A stretch of DNA of 64,000 nucleotides from Anaerolineales bacterium (GTDB lineage: Bacteria > Chloroflexota > Anaerolineae > Anaerolineales > RBG-16-64-43), in the NCBI GenBank assembly GCA_016932475.1, contig JAFGCU010000026.1, forward strand, positions 92,111-156,110, given 5' to 3'. Positions 9,753 through 18,884 of this stretch are shown piece by piece (within the stretch, counting starts at the first letter, position 1; every line of letters starts with the position of its first letter). A program made the position numbers and the translations under genes. Below the pieces are notes generated by a model, which did no database searches, had not been told where the DNA came from, and saw only the letters and a program-made list of their open reading frames with translations.

Positions 9753-9880
9753 GAGTCATTCCGAGACCGACATCGAGCGAAGCGAGATGGAGGGCGAGGA
9801 ATCGGTGACTGTGGGGAAGCTTTGGTTCATTGGCATTGGCAACCGATTCCTCACCCGAAAAACAGGGCTCGGAATGACTC
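9753..9880. repeat. 128-bp nested-hairpin MITE-like element
   Basis: Perfect 13-bp termini: GAGTCATTCCGAG (9753-9765) and CTCGGAATGACTC (9868-9880). Inner perfect 11-bp inverted repeat GAGGAATCGGT / ACCGATTCCTC. It fills the only sizeable gap inside the operon. Confidence 0.7.
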
Positions 9881-9899
9881 ATAAAGATAGGACCTCACG

Positions 9900-11072
9900 T
9901 TGAGCGCTTTATCCCGCCTTCGGATCGCCTTTGTCATTCCACTCCTGCGCGGGCGGGGCGGCTGGCCGACCGCGACGCTCGGAATCCTGCGTTCGCTCGC
10001 GGCTTATGTCGAGCCGGTCTTGATCGTGTCAAATGCCGATCGCGACGCGGCGCAGTCGCTATTTCCGGGAGCGGAGGTGCTCACGCTCCCGGAAATCCAG
10101 CCGAATGTTGCCGGCTCGCTCCGCACCGCGGCCCGCATGCTGCCGACTCTCCTCGCGCTGCGGTCGTTCCCGCGACTGGGAGTCCGGATCGTCCATTCGC
10201 TCGAGCTCTTCCCCGCCGGATGGGTCGGGGACATCCTGGCCCGGCGCGAAGGCGTGCCGCATGTCGTCACCGCCTTCGGAACGTACGGCGTGATCTGGCA
10301 CCGCTGGCGGCTGACATCCCGGATCTGCTCCGGCATCCTGCGACGGGCGGCGTGCATCTGCCCGATGTCGAGGGGCACCGCGGAGCGGATGCTCGCCCGG
10401 TTCGCCGGCGCGCCGGCCCGTGCAAACATCCGCGTCGTCCTCCAGGGCTCCGAATTCGCCGGACGCGTGCCCCGCGAAGCGGCCGAAAGGAAAACCTTTT
10501 CCGGCGGCCCGGCCGTAATCTCGGTCGGCGGGATCAAGCCGCGCAAGGGGTATCACATCAGTTTGAAGGCGTTCGCCATTCTGCAGAAGCGGTTTCCCGG
10601 AGCAAGCTACGTGCTGGCCGGGGGCGGGATCGGGAACGAATACCACCGGGAGCTTCTGGAACAAATCCGCCGCGAAGGCATCCGCCACGTCGAGTTTCCG
10701 GGCGCCCTCACCTGGGAGCAGCTGGATCCGTATTACCGCAAGGCGGATATGCTGGTGATGACATCCCAGGAAGAAGGCGATCATTTCGAGGGATTTGTGT
10801 TCGTCTTCCTGGAAGCGGGCGCGTACGGGCTGCCGGTCATCGGCTCCCGCAGCGGCGGAATCCCGGACGCCGTCGTCGACGGCGAGACGGGATTCCTGCT
10901 GCCGCCCCAAGATGTGGACGGGATCGCCCAAGCGATGATCGCGCTTGCGGAAAATCCCGCGCTCTCGCGTACAATGGGAATGGCCGGGCGGGCCCGCGCC
11001 GAAGCCCTGACCTGGGAGCGTTTCGCCGGCGAACAAATGGATGTCTACCATTCGGTAATGGGGTCGGCATGA
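9900..11072 (+). CDS. glycosyltransferase family 1 (GT4-type), paralog of 8561..9751
   Basis: TTG start at 9900. Collinear similarity to the previous GT over the whole length (YVEPVLIVS, FPAGW.GD.LAR, TAFGTY, KPRKGYH, FLEAGAYGLP..GSRSGGIPD). Confidence 0.85.
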   Translation: MSALSRLRIAFVIPLLRGRGGWPTATLGILRSLAAYVEPVLIVSNADRDAAQSLFPGAEVLTLPEIQPNVAGSLRTAARMLPTLLALRSFPRLGVRIVHSLELFPAGWVGDILARREGVPHVVTAFGTYGVIWHRWRLTSRICSGILRRAACICPMSRGTAERMLARFAGAPARANIRVVLQGSEFAGRVPREAAERKTFSGGPAVISVGGIKPRKGYHISLKAFAILQKRFPGASYVLAGGGIGNEYHRELLEQIRREGIRHVEFPGALTWEQLDPYYRKADMLVMTSQEEGDHFEGFVFVFLEAGAYGLPVIGSRSGGIPDAVVDGETGFLLPPQDVDGIAQAMIALAENPALSRTMGMAGRARAEALTWERFAGEQMDVYHSVMGSA

Positions 11073-12250
11073 AGATCGCATACCTGAGCTCCGCGACCGT
11101 ACCTTCCACTTCGGCCAACAGCCTGCAGGTGATGAAGATGTGCCAGGCCTTCTCGCAGGAAGGGCATGAGGTGCATCTGATCCTCCCGCCCGCGGACGAG
11201 ACGCCCTCCGACGACGGCGGCGGGAAAATTCCCGCCATGGCCTCGGGCGATATCCCCCTGTCTGAGTCCGTTATCCGCCAATACGGGCTGGCGTCCGGAT
11301 TTCTTTCCCGCCGCGTGAAATTGCTTCCGCTCCTGGGGCGGCGCGGTCTGGCTTGGGCGGAAGCCGATGAGGCGGCGCGGATCACGCCGGATCTGGCGTT
11401 CACGCGCGGGATCGACATCGCCTGGGCGGTTTCGCAGCACGGCTTCCCGGTCATGCTCGAGATCCATCATCCCCCGACCGGGCGGATCGGCCCGCTGTAT
11501 TTCCGGCAGATACTCCGAATCCGCAACATCCGCCTGGCGGTCATCAGCCGCGCGCTGGAGGAGAATCTCCGCCGGACGTACCCCGCGCTCCACGGCCGCG
11601 ATGTACTGGTCATCCCTGATGCGGTCGACACGGAGCAATTCCGGAATCTCCCCGCGCCCGTCCGTGCGCGCGCGCAGCTCCACCTCGCCGCAAAAAAGTT
11701 CACCGCCGGCTATTTCGGAAGCCTGGTGGCTGGGCGCGGCGTGGAATTGATCTGCGAATTGGCGCGGCGCCTTCGCGACGCGGAATTTCTCATGCTGGGC
11801 GGGAACCCCGAGGAGGTCGAGGCTTGGAAAACCCGTACGGCCGCGGCCAAGAACATCCGCTGGCTGGGGCATGTGCCGAACGCCGAGGTCCCGCTGTATC
11901 AGGCGGCCTGCGACGTGCTGCTTATGCCGTACCAGCGCGAGGTGACAATCCGAGGCAAGGGCAACACCGCCGAGATCATGAGCCCGATGAAATTGTATGA
12001 ATACATGGCCGCCGGGCGGGCGATCCTGTCCAGCGATCTGCCTGCGCTGCGCGTGATGCTGACAGAGGCCAACAGCATCCTGCTGCCGCCGGACGATCCC
12101 GCCGCGTGGGCGGATGCGCTGGAGAAACTCCGGAGGAATCCGGAAAAAAGGAAACGGATCGCCGCTCAGGCCCGGGCCGACGTCCGTCCGTATTCCTGGC
12201 GCGGCCGCGTGAAGCGGATCCTCGAATTCGCCGCCGGCAGCCATGGATAA
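11069..12250 (+). CDS. glycosyltransferase family 1 (GT4-type)
   Basis: ATG 11069 overlaps stop 11070-11072 (ATGA). The N-terminus is MKIAYLSSATVPSTSANSLQVMKMCQAF. The listed ORF 10220..12250 has a spurious 283-aa R/P/G-rich extension across the upstream gene. Confidence 0.85.
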   Translation: MKIAYLSSATVPSTSANSLQVMKMCQAFSQEGHEVHLILPPADETPSDDGGGKIPAMASGDIPLSESVIRQYGLASGFLSRRVKLLPLLGRRGLAWAEADEAARITPDLAFTRGIDIAWAVSQHGFPVMLEIHHPPTGRIGPLYFRQILRIRNIRLAVISRALEENLRRTYPALHGRDVLVIPDAVDTEQFRNLPAPVRARAQLHLAAKKFTAGYFGSLVAGRGVELICELARRLRDAEFLMLGGNPEEVEAWKTRTAAAKNIRWLGHVPNAEVPLYQAACDVLLMPYQREVTIRGKGNTAEIMSPMKLYEYMAAGRAILSSDLPALRVMLTEANSILLPPDDPAAWADALEKLRRNPEKRKRIAAQARADVRPYSWRGRVKRILEFAAGSHG

Positions 12251-13379
12251 ACTTGTATACATAGCGCGCTCGCGCATTCCTTCCAGCCGCGCCAACTGCA
12301 TCCAGACTCTGAAGATGTGCTCCGGATTTGCGGCGCATGTCCCGGTGGAACTGATCGCACCGTATTATCCGGAGGATGCCCGGCAAAAGGCGGATCTCCG
12401 CGAACGGTTCGCCCTGGCGCGGGAGTTTGAGGTGACCTGGGTTCCGTTTCCGCACTGGGGCGAACGGTTCGCGGTCCGCGGATATGCGCTGGCGGCGGCG
12501 TGGCGGACGCGCGACCGCCGCGCCCATTTTGTGTATGCGCGCGAACCGTGGTCCGCCTATTGGCTGGCGCGTTCCGGAGTGCGGACGGGTTTCGAGGCGC
12601 ACTACCTGGAGGAAGACCGCCGCCATCCGGTGTGGCCGAAGCTGGTGGGAGATCCGCGGCTATCCCCCGCGCTGCGGGGGATTTTCTGCATCTCCAAATC
12701 CCTGATCGAGGATTATGCCGCCGCCGGCGCGCGCCGCGAGCTGTTGCAATGGGCGCCCGACGGGGTGGACCTCCAGCGGTTTGAACCGGCCGTCTCCAGG
12801 GAGGATGCCCGCGCGCGCCTGGGGTTGCCGGCCGAAGCCCGCATCGTGTGCCATTCCGGACATTTGTATCCCGGACGCGGCGTCGAAGAAACACTGGATG
12901 CCTTAACCTCGCTTCCGGAGGTTAACCTTGTGCTGATCGGCGGCACTCCCGAGGATGTCAACCGGATCCGCGCGTATGCAACCGGGCGGGATTTGTGCGG
13001 CCGGGTGCGGTTCGAAGGGACCGTGCCGAATGGGAAAGTGCCCCTGTACCTGTGGGCGGCGGACGTCTTGATCATGCCGTACACCACGCGCACCACGACC
13101 GCCCGGGCGATGTCGCCCCTGAAGATGTTTGAATACATGGCGGCCGGGCGGCCGATTGTCGCCACCGATTTCCCATCGGTCCGTGAAGTGTTGCGCCACG
13201 GGGAAAACGCTCTGCTGGTGGCGCCCGACAGCCCGGATGAAATCGCCCGCGGGCTGCGGCGCATGCTGGAGGATCGGAACCTGGCGGAAGCCGTTGCCGG
13301 CCGGGCGCGCAAGGACGTGGAAGCCTATACTTGGGAACGCAGGGCCGGCAATATTTTAAGCGTGCTGGAGCAGCCATGA
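12243..13379 (+). CDS. glycosyltransferase family 1 (GT4-type), paralog of 11069..12250
   Basis: 8-nt overlap with the upstream gene. Shared blocks: SSRANCIQTLKMC, MSPLKMFEYMAAGRPIV. Confidence 0.85.
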   Translation: MDKLVYIARSRIPSSRANCIQTLKMCSGFAAHVPVELIAPYYPEDARQKADLRERFALAREFEVTWVPFPHWGERFAVRGYALAAAWRTRDRRAHFVYAREPWSAYWLARSGVRTGFEAHYLEEDRRHPVWPKLVGDPRLSPALRGIFCISKSLIEDYAAAGARRELLQWAPDGVDLQRFEPAVSREDARARLGLPAEARIVCHSGHLYPGRGVEETLDALTSLPEVNLVLIGGTPEDVNRIRAYATGRDLCGRVRFEGTVPNGKVPLYLWAADVLIMPYTTRTTTARAMSPLKMFEYMAAGRPIVATDFPSVREVLRHGENALLVAPDSPDEIARGLRRMLEDRNLAEAVAGRARKDVEAYTWERRAGNILSVLEQP

Positions 13380-15289
13380 CACTTGGAGTATTGGGAACGG
13401 AGTGGTCCGCCTGGGCCGGCATTTTCTTTCTGCTGGTTTTTTCCACTGCGATCTATCTGGGCTGGTATTTTTATTTCTGCGGCAGATCGTCCGGCGTCCT
13501 CTATTCCGGGATCGCGGCGCAGGTTGCCTTTGTCGGGCAGGTTCTGGGGGTGATGCTGGTTATGGGATGGCTGGGGATTCTCCGGCCGATCCCTCTGGCT
13601 GCCATGTGCGCGTTAATCACCACGGGTGTTTATCTACTGGGAGTTCGTCCGCATTGGCGGACGGTTCTTGACCGGAACCGGGCGTTCATTGCCTGGCTCC
13701 GAACGGTGCGGGTTCCCCTGTGGGCGGTCCTGCTCGGCGTGTTGATGGCCGGGCTTGTGGCGCGCAATATCTTCTGGGGATGGTTTTTGCCGCCGTTCCA
13801 GCGCGACGATATCGCCTACCATTTGCCTATCCTGGGGAATATCATCCAAAATGCGGCGATCCGCTACTTCCCAAGCCCGGCGGAGCGGATCAGTTTTTTC
13901 CCCATTAATTCCGAACTCTTTCAGGCATGGCATTTTATTTTTGTCGGATCCGACAAATTGGTGGATCTGGCCTTCCTGCCCGGGATCCTCGCCGGAGGGG
14001 CGGCGCTGTATGGAACAAGCCGGCGGTTCGGTTTTTCGCGGCGGGCATCGCTGGCCGGGTGGGCGGTCTTCGCCTTCACGCCGATGGTTTTTCTCCAGCA
14101 GTTGGGCTCCTACAACGACGCCTGGATGGCGTCTTTGTTTCTGTGCGGTGCGTATCTCGTCGTATCGATGAAACCGGCTTCCGCGCGGGCTGACGATATC
14201 CAAACGGCGATCCTGGCAGGCATCTGTTCCGGGGTAATCCTCGGGACAAAATTCTCCGGCGCGCTCAGCAGCCTGGCGATCGGGGTGCTGATCCTCCTGT
14301 TCCTTGTGCGCCGGATGCTTGCGGACCGGCAGTGGGAGCGGCCGAATTCCAAAGCGGTGCTTTCCGGGATTTTGGTTCCCTTGCTTGTGGTACTCGCGCT
14401 GACCGCGGCATACGGCGCATACCCGCTGATTCGCAACACGATCCATGCGGGAAATCCATTGGCTCCGGTCGAAGTGAAAATCGGATCCCGGATCCTGTGG
14501 GAGGGAAAGCCGGAGGATGAATTCCTCGCCATCGGGTCGGAGGAAGCCTTTCAAAACGCCGGAAATGGCTTGGAGCTGGCTTATTCCACATGGTTTGAAC
14601 GCGAGTATTTGATTTATGATCCAAACAACGGAGGCACCGGTCCGTTGTGGCTTTTTATCGGCATTCCGGGCGCGATCCTCTGGGTTTGGGAATCCATCCG
14701 GAGGCGCAATGCCGCGGCCATCGCCCTCTCCATCCTTTCCCTGATGATCCTGGTCTTCACCCCCGCGCAATGGCGCCCGCGCTACATGCTGCCGCTGTTG
14801 CTGTTGTGCGGCCTGGGGGGGGCATTGTTGTTCGACGCGTTGCGAAGCTGGCCGCGGCGGATCCTGGCCGGCGGTCTGGTGCTGGCGGCGGCTTTTGTGA
14901 CGATCGCCTCGCTCCGGCCGGCGCCGCTCGAAGCCGGGAAGGCGATGGCGCTTGTCTTCGATCGCGACGACAAGCAGCGGAACGCCGCGTATGTGCACCC
15001 CACCAACGAATTCTACGAATGGGTCGAAGAACGCACGGCCGGAGCGCCGGCGGTCATTGTCTACGGCCGGTGGGTGGATGTATACCCGCTGTTCGGTTCC
15101 GATCTGCGCAACACGGTCCTATCACCCGCCGCTTATTCCGCGGAGGCTTGGGGCCGCGCGCTGGCGGAGAGCGGAGCGGACCTGGTGGTGGTGGCGGGCG
15201 GATCTCCGGAAGAGGAATGGACCCGGGAGTCGGGAGTGTTTACACAAGTATTCCAATACGACTCCTGGAGCGTCTGGGAGAAAAATTAA
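13376..15289 (+). CDS. polytopic membrane protein, GT-C-like (about 12 TM segments plus C-terminal soluble domain)
   Basis: ATG 13376 overlaps stop 13377-13379 (ATGA). Hydrophobic segments run throughout, with a first-loop acidic motif (FQRDDIAYHLP). The family could not be assigned by eye. Confidence 0.55.
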   Translation: MTLGVLGTEWSAWAGIFFLLVFSTAIYLGWYFYFCGRSSGVLYSGIAAQVAFVGQVLGVMLVMGWLGILRPIPLAAMCALITTGVYLLGVRPHWRTVLDRNRAFIAWLRTVRVPLWAVLLGVLMAGLVARNIFWGWFLPPFQRDDIAYHLPILGNIIQNAAIRYFPSPAERISFFPINSELFQAWHFIFVGSDKLVDLAFLPGILAGGAALYGTSRRFGFSRRASLAGWAVFAFTPMVFLQQLGSYNDAWMASLFLCGAYLVVSMKPASARADDIQTAILAGICSGVILGTKFSGALSSLAIGVLILLFLVRRMLADRQWERPNSKAVLSGILVPLLVVLALTAAYGAYPLIRNTIHAGNPLAPVEVKIGSRILWEGKPEDEFLAIGSEEAFQNAGNGLELAYSTWFEREYLIYDPNNGGTGPLWLFIGIPGAILWVWESIRRRNAAAIALSILSLMILVFTPAQWRPRYMLPLLLLCGLGGALLFDALRSWPRRILAGGLVLAAAFVTIASLRPAPLEAGKAMALVFDRDDKQRNAAYVHPTNEFYEWVEERTAGAPAVIVYGRWVDVYPLFGSDLRNTVLSPAAYSAEAWGRALAESGADLVVVAGGSPEEEWTRESGVFTQVFQYDSWSVWEKN

Positions 15290-15290
15290 T

Positions 15291-15455
15291 ATGAGCACTT
15301 TGCGTTTTGGAAGGGTGGCAAGCTGGATCGTGCTGGCGGCCGCCGGATTTATCGGCGCGGTTTATTTCCTGGATCCGACCCGCCGCGCCGCGATTACCCA
15401 GACCGCGGGATGGTTCCTGACCGCGGCGCGGTTCGTCCTTTCCGGCGGGGGGTGA
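15291..15455 (+). CDS. small single-TM protein (54 aa)
   Basis: ATG 15291 lies 1 nt after stop 15289, and the ORF ends 5 nt before the next gene. Sequence MSTLRFGRVASWIVLAAAGFIGAVYFL... Its tight packing in the operon is the only support. Confidence 0.4.
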   Translation: MSTLRFGRVASWIVLAAAGFIGAVYFLDPTRRAAITQTAGWFLTAARFVLSGGG

Positions 15456-15460
15456 GCCGA

Positions 15461-16627
15461 ATGTGTCCGCCGCAGACCGGGCCGCAGGCCCATAAAATCC
15501 TCTTCCTCCTGCCCACGCTGGCTTCCGGCGGGACGGAGCGCCAGGCCGCCGAATTGGTCCGCCACCTGGACCGCGAACGATTCGAACCGCTGGTGGCGGT
15601 GATCTACGGCTTTGACCGCGTGCCGGTGGAGATCAGCGCCGGCGATGCGCGCCTGATCAGCCTGCGCAAGCCGCTCGGCAAACTCGGCAATCTGGTCGCG
15701 TTGTTCCGCCTGTGGCGCCTGATCCTGCGGGAGCGCCCGGCGATCGTGCAATCGTTTCTGCGGATTTCGGATTTGTACGCCCGCATCGCCGGCACGCTCG
15801 CCCTTCACCGGCGGATCGTCACCTCCCTGCGCACGCGCATCGCCGGCTTCTGGAGCGTTCCCTGGCAGTGGACCGAGCGGATCCTGTGGCGGCGGAGCAT
15901 CCGCATTGTTTCCAATTCGAAGGCCGCGGTGCGCGAGGCCGAGACGCTGCTGGGCATCCCGTCCGGGCGGCTGGTGGTCATTCCGAACGGGGTTGATCTC
16001 GTGCGGTTCAAGCCGGGCATGGATTGGCGGGAACCGCGGACCGCTTTCGGCCTCACACCCTCGGATGTCGTTTTCGGAATGATCGCGCGCTATTCGCCGG
16101 TGAAGGACCATGCCACGCTGCTGACCGCCGTCGCCCAATTGAAAAAATCCGGGTATTGGCCCGGATATGCCAAGGTGATCCTGGTCGGGGGCACGACCTT
16201 CGAGGATGCCCGCCGGGAAGTGGACGACCGGATCCGGGAAAACGGACTGGAGGAGATCATCCGGCCGATGGGGGTGATGGCGGATGTCGAACGGGCCTAC
16301 AGTGCTCTCGACTGGCTTGTCCTGCCGTCGAAGTTCGAGGGATTTCCGAACTCGGTCCTCGAGGCGATGGCGTGCGGGAAACCGGTCATCCTTTCCGACG
16401 CGGCCAATGCGGAAAAAATCGTGGTCGAGGATGAAACCGGATGGGAGTTCCCCGCCGGAGACGTGCTTGCCCTGGTGGAGATTCTGCAACGCGCGCTGGC
16501 CACGCCGCCGGAACGGCGGGTGGCGATGGGACGCGCGGCCCGCGCGCTGGTCGAAGGACAGTATGCCACCCGCCTGATGACCCGCAAATACGAATCGTTG
16601 TATGAGGAGTTGATTCGAACCCGATGA
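15461..16627 (+). CDS. glycosyltransferase family 1 (GT4-type)
   Basis: Motifs: LLPTLASGGTERQ N-terminus, LPSKFEGFPNSVLEAMACGKPVI. Start moved to ATG 15461. Confidence 0.9.
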   Translation: MCPPQTGPQAHKILFLLPTLASGGTERQAAELVRHLDRERFEPLVAVIYGFDRVPVEISAGDARLISLRKPLGKLGNLVALFRLWRLILRERPAIVQSFLRISDLYARIAGTLALHRRIVTSLRTRIAGFWSVPWQWTERILWRRSIRIVSNSKAAVREAETLLGIPSGRLVVIPNGVDLVRFKPGMDWREPRTAFGLTPSDVVFGMIARYSPVKDHATLLTAVAQLKKSGYWPGYAKVILVGGTTFEDARREVDDRIRENGLEEIIRPMGVMADVERAYSALDWLVLPSKFEGFPNSVLEAMACGKPVILSDAANAEKIVVEDETGWEFPAGDVLALVEILQRALATPPERRVAMGRAARALVEGQYATRLMTRKYESLYEELIRTR

Positions 16628-17757
16628 GCGCGCGCATCCGGGTCGCTTTCGTCCACGATTCATACCCCGAATACCGGCGCCCGCTGTTCGCGCGGCTCGC
16701 GGAGAAATTCGACCTGCAATGCTTCTTCCTTAATCAGGATGATTCCGCGCTCCCGCCGGACTCCGTGAATGTCCGCGGGTACCGCATTCCGGAAATGTCG
16801 GATCTGGTCATCGCGCCGGCGCTCGCCGGCGAGCTTCTGGGAGCGCATGCGCGCAAGCCGTTCGATGTCGTTTTATGCCCGGAACCGTCCTCCTTCTCGG
16901 CGCTGGCCGCGGGCGGAGTTGCCCGGCGCCTGCGACTCCCGCATGTGGTCTTCAGCGGCGAATGGTATCCGGCGCGCCACCCCCGCCGCTGGCTGACGTT
17001 CGGCCTGGAACGCTCCCTGGTGCGCGGCGCGGCCTGCTGCCTTGCGTACGGCACCCGCGTTCGGGAGAGGCTGGCCGGGTTGGGCGCCGACCCCGAAAAA
17101 ATCCTGATTACCGGCAACGCCAGCCCCTACCGGCATACCCCCTGCGCGCCCGCGGAGATCGAAACCGCCCGCCGCGAGTGGGAGATCGGGGTTAAGCCGG
17201 TCATCCTGTTCCTTGGGCGGCTGCTGGCATTCAAGGCCCCGGAAATCCTGGTCGACGCGTTTTCCATCGTGCGCCGAGAGATTCCATCGTTCCTATTACT
17301 CGCGGGAGACGGCCCGCGCCGCGAATTGCTTCACCGGCAGGCGCGGCGGCTCGGGCTGACCGATCTCCGGATTGCCGGATCGGAAGTGCGCGGCGACCGG
17401 CAAAAGGATCTCCTGTACTCGCTGTGCAGCGTGTTCGTCCTGCCGTCGCGCAAAGGGCGGATCGCCGAACCGTGGGGGCTGGTGTTGAACGAGGCCGCCT
17501 CCGCCGGCCTGCCGATTGTCACCACCGACGGCGTGGGCGCGGCTCCCGATTTGATCCGGGACGGCGAGACCGGGCGGGTGGTTAACCAGGGCGATGCCCG
17601 CGCGTTAGCCGAAGCGATTACCGGTCTTCTCCTTTCCCCAAAGGATTCAAAAACGTTCGGCGCCCGCGCCAAAGCGCGCGCGGGAGAATTCAGCATCGAC
17701 CGCATGGCGGAAACCTTCGGCCGCGCGTTCGAGCGCGCGGCGGGAGAGGCGCCGTGA
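16624..17757 (+). CDS. glycosyltransferase family 1 (GT4-type)
   Basis: ATGA overlap at 16624. The C-terminal block VLPSRKGRIAEPWGLVLNEAASAGLPIVTTDGVGAAPDLI is present. Confidence 0.85.
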   Translation: MSARIRVAFVHDSYPEYRRPLFARLAEKFDLQCFFLNQDDSALPPDSVNVRGYRIPEMSDLVIAPALAGELLGAHARKPFDVVLCPEPSSFSALAAGGVARRLRLPHVVFSGEWYPARHPRRWLTFGLERSLVRGAACCLAYGTRVRERLAGLGADPEKILITGNASPYRHTPCAPAEIETARREWEIGVKPVILFLGRLLAFKAPEILVDAFSIVRREIPSFLLLAGDGPRRELLHRQARRLGLTDLRIAGSEVRGDRQKDLLYSLCSVFVLPSRKGRIAEPWGLVLNEAASAGLPIVTTDGVGAAPDLIRDGETGRVVNQGDARALAEAITGLLLSPKDSKTFGARAKARAGEFSIDRMAETFGRAFERAAGEAP

Positions 17758-18878
17758 GCAAGCCGCGCATCGCCGTCATCTCCTTCTCCCCGCTGGCGGC
17801 CGGGGGCATTGAAACGCACCTGCTGCAGCTGTTCCACGGGCTCGGGAAGGAATACGAGTTTCGCGTCCTGGGAACGCTCGCCGAACCGTTTCTTTCGATC
17901 GCGGGCGAGCTCGGGATAAAATGCACGGTGCTCCCGCCGGCTTCGAAAATCGACGCACCTTCGTTTCTCCGATTGCGGAGTGAATTAATTTCCCAGGGGA
18001 TACGCCTGGTGCATACCCACGACACCCGGGGCGGGCTGCTGGGGCGGATGGCGGCCCGCGCGGCGGGATTGCCCGCCGTCCACACGGTCCATACGCCTTC
18101 GTTCTTCCTGCCGGTCAATCCGTGGATCATCCGTGTGTACCGCTTGGCGGAGGCTCTCCTCAACCGGCATGCGACCGATCGGGTTATTTTTGTTTCCAAA
18201 ACGATCCGGCAGGTTTATCTTGACGGCCGCCTGATCCGGCCGGAAAAGGCCGCGCTCATCCCGAACGGATTGGAGGCCGAATGGTTCGGCTCCGCGGTCC
18301 ACATCCTGCGGCCGGAATCGGAAGTCCGTTTTTTGTATGTCGGCCGGATGGCGCGCGAAAAGGGAATTGAGAATCTGGCGGCGGCGTTTGAGATCGTCGC
18401 CGGGCGGTTGCCGGCGGCGCGTTTGCTGGCGGCGGGGGAAGGGCCGAAGCGCGGGGAATTGCTGAGCGCCGCGGAAACAGGCGGCTGGAGAAATCAACTG
18501 GATCTGCCAGGACTGCAAACGCGCGGGAAAATCCGCGAGACCATGCACGCCGCCGATGTATTCGTCCTGCCCTCCGATTTTGAGAGTTTTTCCTACACCC
18601 TCCTGGAGGCCATGGCCTGCGGCCTGCCCTGCATCGCCACGGATGCCGGGGGCAACCGGGACCTGGTCGAGCCGGAACGCACGGGGCTGCTGGTCCCCCG
18701 CCGGAATCCGGCCATGCTGGCGGAAGCCATGATTCGCCTGGGGGAGAATCCGGAATTGCGCGCGTCGATGGGGAGGGAAGGGGCGCTGCGGGCGCGGGAG
18801 TATACTCTGCAACGGATGATCGACGGAACGCGATCGGTGTATTCCGAGGTGCTGGCCGGCCGTTCCGCCGCGGGATGA
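17754..18878 (+). CDS. glycosyltransferase family 1 (GT4-type)
   Basis: GTGA overlap at 17754. Motifs seen: GGIETHLLQL, REKGIENL, LPSDFESFSYTLLEAMACGLPCIATDAGGNRDLV. Confidence 0.9.
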   Translation: MSKPRIAVISFSPLAAGGIETHLLQLFHGLGKEYEFRVLGTLAEPFLSIAGELGIKCTVLPPASKIDAPSFLRLRSELISQGIRLVHTHDTRGGLLGRMAARAAGLPAVHTVHTPSFFLPVNPWIIRVYRLAEALLNRHATDRVIFVSKTIRQVYLDGRLIRPEKAALIPNGLEAEWFGSAVHILRPESEVRFLYVGRMAREKGIENLAAAFEIVAGRLPAARLLAAGEGPKRGELLSAAETGGWRNQLDLPGLQTRGKIRETMHAADVFVLPSDFESFSYTLLEAMACGLPCIATDAGGNRDLVEPERTGLLVPRRNPAMLAEAMIRLGENPELRASMGREGALRAREYTLQRMIDGTRSVYSEVLAGRSAAG

Positions 18879-18884
18879 TTCTGA

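Noticed and set aside
9721-9903. 60-aa ORF spanning the gap between the paralogous GT genes
   Set aside because: It is composed of the nested-hairpin repeat element and has no RBS.
10220-11068. Long N-terminal extensions of listed ORFs 10220..12250, 21644..23629, 23359..25512, 55695..57116, 32101..33111 and 20445..21062
   Set aside because: The extensions run through the upstream gene in another frame and are R/P/G-rich. The conserved domain starts at an internal ATG/GTG that overlaps or abuts the upstream stop, usually with an RBS.
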